Positions 14,054 through 18,765 of a stretch of DNA of 18,765 nt are shown here, piece after piece (the first letter of the stretch is position 1; every line of letters starts with the position of its first letter). Under the pieces are notes generated by a model. That model did not search any database. It was not told the DNA's origin and saw nothing but the letters and a program-made list of their open reading frames with translations. Source of the DNA: Planctomycetota bacterium (GTDB lineage Bacteria; Planctomycetota; Phycisphaerae; SM23-33). The position numbers and the translations under genes are program-made. The stretch covers positions 1 through 18,765 of the forward strand of contig JACRIL010000061.1 of NCBI GenBank assembly GCA_016235825.1, read 5' to 3'.

Positions 14054-15268
14054 TCACCTCGGCCCGGGGGCCGGTTTGTTGTTGGCACCGGGCGGCGCGA
14101 CGGGCGAGTAAAGATCGATCTGTTCCCTGACCTTGGGCTGGTCGGGGTCGAGCTGGATGCTCTTCTTCCATGCCTGCACGGCGTCGCCCAGCAGGGCAGG
14201 GTCGTTTTTTGCCCGGTGAATCTCAAAGAACAGGTCGCCCAGCAGACGGCACATTTTGGGGTCCGGCGGAGAAAGTTCCATGGACTTTCTGGCCGCGAAG
14301 ATCGCCCTGCCCAGACTGCCGGCCCGCCCGGCGGAGATCGCGAAGTTGCCCCACAGCCCCGCGCTTTGGCCGTCCAGCTTGACGGCCTCGGCGTAGGCCA
14401 GCATCGCGTTCTCCGGCTGGTCGAAGTCCATGTAAACCGCCCCCAGGCTGGCGTGGGCCGACGGCAGCGTCGCGTCAAGCTCGATGACTTTTTTCAGCGC
14501 GTCCCGGGCCTCGCCCAGCCGCTTCTGAATCTGGCAGATGGTGGCGAGGTTGTAGAGGGATTTTACGTCCTTGGAGTCGTCGGCCAGCAGTTCCTTGTAG
14601 AGCCGCTCGGCGTCCTCGAACATCTGCATGTTCATGAGCGTAACGGCCAGGTTGAATTTGGCCGTCCGGTCGCCCCTGGCCAGCCGGACGATCTGGCGAT
14701 GGACATCAAGAAGCTGCCTGTCCAGTTGGGACAGGTAAAAATCGGACTGGAGCATCTCCATGCCGGACGATGGATCGCCTCGCATCAGAAAGGCCTGGGC
14801 CAGCACGTTCCGCTCGACGCACTCCGGCCGCAGGAGCATCATCGCGTTGGCCAGCCCTTTCTGGGCGTCCAGGTTGTCGGGCGCAAGCCGGACCGCCTTG
14901 CGGTAATAGGCGATGGCGGCCTGGTAATCGAATCGTTCCGCGGCCAGGTCGCCCGCCTGCGTAAAAAAGGCCGGGTCGCGGTCCGCCTGACGGATTGCCT
15001 CGATCGCCGCCGCGGATAGGACTTTCAGCATCTTTTCGGCGCTCAGATCGGACCACGACAGTAACATCTTTTCGTAGAGCGGCCTGTTGTCGGTTTTCTT
15101 CACCGGCGTTCCCTGTGGAGTTCCCTGCCCGCTGCCTTTGTCGCGGTTGACGAAGGCCATTATCCCGACGATCGCGGCTATGACCGCTGCGCCGACGATC
15201 ACGGCCACGGAAAAGCCGGATAGTACGCCGAATATGAACCGTTTCTGATTCTTCATATCGAGCGGCAT
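14054..15268 (-). CDS. TPR-repeat protein with an N-terminal membrane anchor (404 aa)
   Basis: N-terminal hydrophobic helix FIFGVLSGFSVAVIVGAAVIAAIVGIMAF, then multiple 34-residue TPR-like repeats (AxxYxxAxxxxP patterns, e.g. AIAYYRKAVRLAPDN, AMLAYAEAVKLDGQ). GGGGGT RBS before the ATG. Confidence 0.85.
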   Translation of the reverse strand: MPLDMKNQKRFIFGVLSGFSVAVIVGAAVIAAIVGIMAFVNRDKGSGQGTPQGTPVKKTDNRPLYEKMLLSWSDLSAEKMLKVLSAAAIEAIRQADRDPAFFTQAGDLAAERFDYQAAIAYYRKAVRLAPDNLDAQKGLANAMMLLRPECVERNVLAQAFLMRGDPSSGMEMLQSDFYLSQLDRQLLDVHRQIVRLARGDRTAKFNLAVTLMNMQMFEDAERLYKELLADDSKDVKSLYNLATICQIQKRLGEARDALKKVIELDATLPSAHASLGAVYMDFDQPENAMLAYAEAVKLDGQSAGLWGNFAISAGRAGSLGRAIFAARKSMELSPPDPKMCRLLGDLFFEIHRAKNDPALLGDAVQAWKKSIQLDPDQPKVREQIDLYSPVAPPGANNKPAPGPR

Positions 15269-15394
15269 TGTACCCCCAAACGCCTAAAAATATAACCGGC
15301 TTGTCATTTGTTGCCGCTGGAGTGATCAGGCTCTCTTTAATTGATGAATCGGGCATGCCGCTTTGCTGGAAGTCGTAACGTTGGATACCAGCGT

Positions 15395-15946
15395 TCACCG
15401 TTCCAACATGGCTGGAATCAGCAGACGGAAGTGCTCGGGCAGATAGGCGTAGTATATTGCCGTGATCAGGTTTCCGTCGCGCACGGCCGGCTCGACCACA
15501 TAATTGCCCCCGGCATGTATGACATCGGCGGACATGTCGTCCGGGCAGGTCAACCTGCGTCCGCGGAGCACACCGGCGGAGGCGAGAATCCACTGGCCAT
15601 GGCAGATTGCCCCGACAATAATATTTTTGGCCATGGCATCCCGGACGAGTTCCAACGTCTGCGAGTCCCGGCGAAGGGTCAGCGGGTTGTAGATGCCGCC
15701 GGGCAGATACAGGCAGTCCATCGTCATGCCGGCCACCTGGGCGATGGTATGGGTGATCTCCAGGGGAAGTCCATCCCGGCCATTACGGCCCTCGCCCAGC
15801 ACGGTTCCGGCGGCCAGGCCGGCCACCACAACCTGGGCACCTTCTTCGCGAAAGCGGTAATATGGATACCAGAACTCGTGATCATGGACGCCTGCGGCCA
15901 CCAGCAGGACGACAGTCTTTCCGGCCAGTCTCATCTCATAAGGCAT
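15395..15946 (-). CDS. DJ-1/PfpI family protein (class I glutamine-amidotransferase-like, 183 aa)
   Basis: The nucleophile-elbow motif AICHGQW, the preceding IIVGAICHG, and a DJ-1 fold-like N-terminus (KTVVLLVAAGVHDHEF). An AGGAA RBS and a TTGACA-like hexamer lie upstream. Confidence 0.88.
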   Translation of the reverse strand: MPYEMRLAGKTVVLLVAAGVHDHEFWYPYYRFREEGAQVVVAGLAAGTVLGEGRNGRDGLPLEITHTIAQVAGMTMDCLYLPGGIYNPLTLRRDSQTLELVRDAMAKNIIVGAICHGQWILASAGVLRGRRLTCPDDMSADVIHAGGNYVVEPAVRDGNLITAIYYAYLPEHFRLLIPAMLER

Positions 15947-16092
15947 AGGTATTCCTTTTTGGTTGTCAACCGTGCAACTTTTTCGCGGAGGTACCCGCTT
16001 GTCTCGGCGCAGCGTAGCGAAGCCGGATTTTTACCTCTTGCCGTGAAAACCTGCCATGCCACCGGCCAACTGAATTCCAGTTTCCTGAATTT

Positions 16093-16128
16093 AAAAGGTC
16101 TGACCGATAAACGGCCAGACCTTTTTTT
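16093..16128. terminator. Bidirectional intrinsic terminator: AAAA-GGTCTG-(accgataaacggc)-CAGACC-TTTTTTT. It terminates the minus-strand nfeD-flotillin operon.
   Basis: 6-bp GC-rich stem with a 13-nt loop, flanked by A4 and T7 runs, 33 nt downstream of the flotillin stop (16161). Confidence 0.6.
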
Positions 16129-16160
16129 CATGCTCTGCTATGGCGGAAAAATCCGCTATT

Positions 16161-17714
16161 TCACTTCGTGTCTTTCGGCGGGGCGGCTTTGGTCTTGTCC
16201 GTCGCGGCCTTTTCCGTGGCTTCCTTGGCCAGCTTGCCGAGATATTCCGGCAGATCGAGTCCGACCTGCTTGGCCAGTTCGTGCATCGGGGGCAGAGCGC
16301 CCATGAGCTTCTTGCCGAGGTTGCCCAGCCCGCCGCTTTCCCCGCCGCCGTCCCAGACGACGACCTTCTCGATCGGCAGGTCCTGGATGGCCTGGGCCTG
16401 GATGTGCGAAATCTCGGTGAGCTTTTCGATCATCAGCAGCGTGGCGGCCACCTGTGGGTCGCCGGCCGCGTTGACCAGGTTGCGGTAGCCGATGGCCTTG
16501 CCGTCCAGGATGGCCTGGACGCCCTTGCCCTCGGCGGTCATCTTCAGCAGCGTCGCCTCGGCCTGGCCCTGGGCCAACTGGATCGACTGCTCCCTCTGGC
16601 CCTGGGAGATGCGGATGATCTGCTCCTTCTGGGCCTCGGCGGCGATGACGACCTTCTGCTTGTCGGCGTTGGCCGGCACGACGATCTCGGCGTTGAGCCG
16701 CGAGGTCTCGCGGAGAGCGCGGGCGTCTTCGGCCAGCTTCTGGGCGTTTTCCTGCGCGACGCGGATGCCGCCGTCGGCTTCCTTGGACTGCGATTCGCCC
16801 TTCTGGCGGGCCTGCTCCTCGGCCACCTTCTGGTTGGCCCTGTACGAGGCCTTGTTGGCGTTGGCATCAGTCTCGGACTTGACGGCCTCGGCGTCCAGCC
16901 CCGCCACTCGCTGACGCTTGTTCCTGTCGGCGGTCGCCTCGCCGATCTCGGCGTCGGCGGTCGCGGCGGCCACCGCCACGCGCTGGTCCCTCGACCGCTC
17001 GGCCACGCCCATCTGGCCGCGCTTCTCCTGCTCGGACACGTCGATGTTCGCCTGGTTGATCGCCTCGGCGGCGGCCTTGCGGCCCAAGGCCTTGATGTAC
17101 CCGCTCTCGTCCTCAATGTCGCGGATGTTGACGTTGATGACGGTCAGGCCGATCTTTTCCATCTCGACGCTGACGGCCTCGTTCACCTTGGCCATGAACG
17201 ACTGGCGGTCGCGGTTGATCTCTTCGATCTTCATCGTCGCGATGACCGCGCGCATCTGGCCGATGATGATTTCCTGGGCCTGGGCCTGTATCTGGCCGGT
17301 CGTCTCGCCCAGCAGGCGGATCGCCGCGTTTTCCATGACGCCAGTCTGGTTGGATATCGCCAGCGTAACAGTCGTCGGCACGCTGACGCGGATGTTCTCC
17401 TGCGACAGGGCGTTGGACAGTTCGATAGGCGCCACGAACGGCTCGAGGTCGAGGTAGTCGTAAGACTGGATCAGCGGCCAGACGAACGCAGCCCCGCCGT
17501 GCACGCACTTGGCCGCGCCCTTGCCCGTCTTGCCGTAGATGACCAGGACCTTGTTCGACGGGCAGCGCTTGTACCGCTGAATGAACGTTATCAGCAGTAT
17601 GAACAGCACCGACGCCAGGATTATGAACAGAATCAGGCTTGTCAGATTCGTGTCGCCGACCTTCGCCGGCGCCGCCGCCTGTGCCAGAAACGCCATGCAA
17701 TTCATTGAGATCAT
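16161..17714 (-). CDS. Flotillin-like SPFH/Band-7 domain protein (YqiK/FloT-like, 517 aa) with an N-terminal TM anchor and a long Ala/Glu/Gln/Lys-rich coiled-coil region
   Basis: The N-terminal hydrophobic hairpin LTSLILFIILASVLFILLITFI and an SPFH core (VLVIYGKTG…VPTTVTLAISN…IIGQMRAVIATMKIEEINRDRQSF). Extended EA-rich repeats and a C-terminal Gly-rich tail are typical of bacterial flotillins. Confidence 0.93.
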   Translation of the reverse strand: MISMNCMAFLAQAAAPAKVGDTNLTSLILFIILASVLFILLITFIQRYKRCPSNKVLVIYGKTGKGAAKCVHGGAAFVWPLIQSYDYLDLEPFVAPIELSNALSQENIRVSVPTTVTLAISNQTGVMENAAIRLLGETTGQIQAQAQEIIIGQMRAVIATMKIEEINRDRQSFMAKVNEAVSVEMEKIGLTVINVNIRDIEDESGYIKALGRKAAAEAINQANIDVSEQEKRGQMGVAERSRDQRVAVAAATADAEIGEATADRNKRQRVAGLDAEAVKSETDANANKASYRANQKVAEEQARQKGESQSKEADGGIRVAQENAQKLAEDARALRETSRLNAEIVVPANADKQKVVIAAEAQKEQIIRISQGQREQSIQLAQGQAEATLLKMTAEGKGVQAILDGKAIGYRNLVNAAGDPQVAATLLMIEKLTEISHIQAQAIQDLPIEKVVVWDGGGESGGLGNLGKKLMGALPPMHELAKQVGLDLPEYLGKLAKEATEKAATDKTKAAPPKDTK

Positions 17715-17791
17715 TTTCCTACCTCGTTCTTTCCAGTTTCATGTCCTCATCCGTAGCAACTGCCGGAGTTTCGCCTTTTTCCGCGCCCGCG

Positions 17792-18442
17792 TCAAGAAGC
17801 ACTTTTCGGCGGGGCCGGGTTGACCGGTTCGACCTCGACCTTGTTGGGTGCGACGACCTTGAGCACCTTTACGGGCGAGCCGGCCTTGATCTCCTGCCCG
17901 CCGTTGCCGCGGGCCTTTACCAGCGTAACCACGCCGCTGATGGCCACGCGGACCTCGCCTTCGCCGCCGGGCGGGATGTTCATGTAAACGGTCCCTTCCG
18001 TGCCGACGCAGGTGGCAATCTGCGGATTGCCCGTCTCAGCCATTTTACGCATGCCGAACATCAGCAGGGCAACCAGGAACATGCCCACCAGCCCCCAGAT
18101 TACGCCATAGAGGACTGCCCATGTCATGGCTACGCCATTGTTGAGATACAGTGCGCAGGCCCACGTGAACATTGTCAGGAAGGCCAGGATCGAGCGGATG
18201 CTCAGCAGCTTGAAGATGTCCATCGTCGCGGCGGCGTCGGTTGCCGCCAGGTGGTCGCCGGGGCCGTGCGCCCCGGATACGTCCACGTCGGTGGTTACCA
18301 CGTCGGAGGAGTCGCCGCCCAGGCCTATGACGGCCGCGACGAGCTGCCACAGGAAGAAGATGCTGAAAAAGCCCGCCGCCGCGTAAAACCACTGATTCAC
18401 GGCCTGCAAACCCGACCACCAGTCGCCGATTCCCGCGATCAT
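17792..18442 (-). CDS. NfeD-family membrane protein (YqiJ-like partner of flotillin, 216 aa): N-terminal TM helices plus a C-terminal soluble OB-fold-like domain
   Basis: Hydrophobic N-terminal two-thirds and a C-terminal GTEGTVYMNIPPGGEGEVRVAISGVVTLVKAR typical of NfeD beta-barrel domains. It sits immediately upstream of and co-oriented with the flotillin gene (77-nt gap), with a GGAG RBS. Confidence 0.85.
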   Translation of the reverse strand: MIAGIGDWWSGLQAVNQWFYAAAGFFSIFFLWQLVAAVIGLGGDSSDVVTTDVDVSGAHGPGDHLAATDAAATMDIFKLLSIRSILAFLTMFTWACALYLNNGVAMTWAVLYGVIWGLVGMFLVALLMFGMRKMAETGNPQIATCVGTEGTVYMNIPPGGEGEVRVAISGVVTLVKARGNGGQEIKAGSPVKVLKVVAPNKVEVEPVNPAPPKSAS

Positions 18443-18556
18443 GTTCCGACTCCTTTATCTCGATAAGCGACTCAATTGCGGACGACAATGCCGGCAATAG
18501 GATTCGCCGCAGCCGCCGGCGCGGCACACGCCGAAACCTCCCTCGCCGGCGAAAGA

Positions 18557-18585
18557 AAGATACGGCATAACCGTTGAGTTTGCAA
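18557..18585 (-). promoter_or_regulatory. Candidate promoter of the nfeD-flotillin operon: TTGCAA (18580-18585) - 17 nt - TATCTT (18557-18562), minus strand
   Basis: Hexamer search. The -35 matches 5/6, the -10 matches 4/6, and the spacing is optimal. It would give a roughly 110-nt leader. Confidence 0.25.
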
Positions 18586-18640
18586 TAGGCTGAAGAAACC
18601 GGATGTATCCAGGATTTAGAGCCTATCAGCCCGTTGAAAA

Positions 18641-18760
18641 AGTAGCATGGGCATCTTGCCCATGAGTATCACGGCCATCTTGGCCGTGGATTTTGCTGTT
18701 TTCTGGGCATTTCAGGGGCGAGACGCCCCTGATACTCATGGACGAGACGTCCATGCTACT
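18641..18760. repeat. Composite palindromic element, truncated by the window edge. Four GC-rich mini-hairpins sit inside a 120-bp nested inverted repeat: H1 catgggca-tct-tgcccatg at 18646-18664, H2 cacggcca-tct-tggccgtg at 18670-18688, H3 caggggcg-aga-cgcccctg at 18713-18731, H4 atggacg-aga-cgtccat at 18738-18754. Outer arms agtagcatgg / ccatgctact and catgagtatc / gatactcatg. It is a REP-like family member.
   Basis: All complementarities verified by hand. The same 19-mer family (consensus CAYGGSCATCTTGSCCRTG) occurs at 13071-13089. Confidence 0.6.
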
Positions 18761-18765
18761 GTAAA

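Noticed and set aside
13220-15019. 599-aa plus-strand ORF spanning the homocysteine methyltransferase and TPR genes in antisense; also 14706..15593 (-) 295 aa and 14038..14478 (-)
   Set aside because: Low-complexity R/G/A/P-rich translations that overlap genes with clear domain signatures on the other strand or frame. The high GC content suppresses stop codons.
16140-17708. 522-aa plus-strand ORF antisense to flotillin; 16544..17116 (-) and 17113..17700 (-) alternative frames
   Set aside because: Highly repetitive R/P/A/G composition versus the clear SPFH domain in the minus-strand frame 16161..17714. Artefacts.
1-18765. CRISPR arrays, IS transposases, integrases, phage genes, toxin-antitoxin pairs with recognisable domains
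   Set aside because: No spaced direct-repeat arrays, DDE or serine/tyrosine recombinase motifs, or other mobile-element proteins were found in any frame. The only mobile-element-like signals are the non-coding AT island and the REP-like palindromes reported above.

Overview
This is a high-GC (about 65%) bacterial chromosomal window. Gene content and the abundance of prepilin-type proteins fit a Planctomycetota/PVC-like genome, but that assignment is inference.

Plus strand: a tightly linked cspA-family cold-shock gene, pyruvate kinase and a large polytopic GT-C-like membrane protein.

Minus strand, two units:
- A pilus/secretion cluster of a PilT retraction ATPase, a GspE/PilB ATPase, a GspF/PilC platform protein, a GspG-like pseudopilin and a YfcE-like metallophosphoesterase. 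Upstream of it, separated by a terminator-like gap, sits a second GspE/PilB-type ATPase preceded by a small GGQ-motif (ArfB/RF-1-domain) protein.
- A DJ-1/PfpI protein, a TPR membrane protein, a stand-alone homocysteine S-methyltransferase domain, and an NfeD(YqiJ)-flotillin operon with a clean bidirectional terminator.

Leads that the genes do not explain:
- An anomalous roughly 350-bp AT-rich island at the left edge carries a perfect extended -10 sigma70 promoter (TTGACA-N18-TGGTATAAT, minus strand) and is flanked by an 8-bp direct repeat.
- A 20-bp-stem hairpin lies at 711-759.
- A family of GC-rich 19-nt mini-palindromes (consensus CAYGGSCATCTTGSCCRTG, 3-nt TCT/AGA loops) has one copy in the homocysteine-methyltransferase terminator and four copies in a 120-bp nested super-palindrome at the right edge, with compensatory stem changes.

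Many long ORFs antisense to real genes are GC-driven artefacts. I found no tRNA, rRNA, CRISPR array, transposase or integrase.
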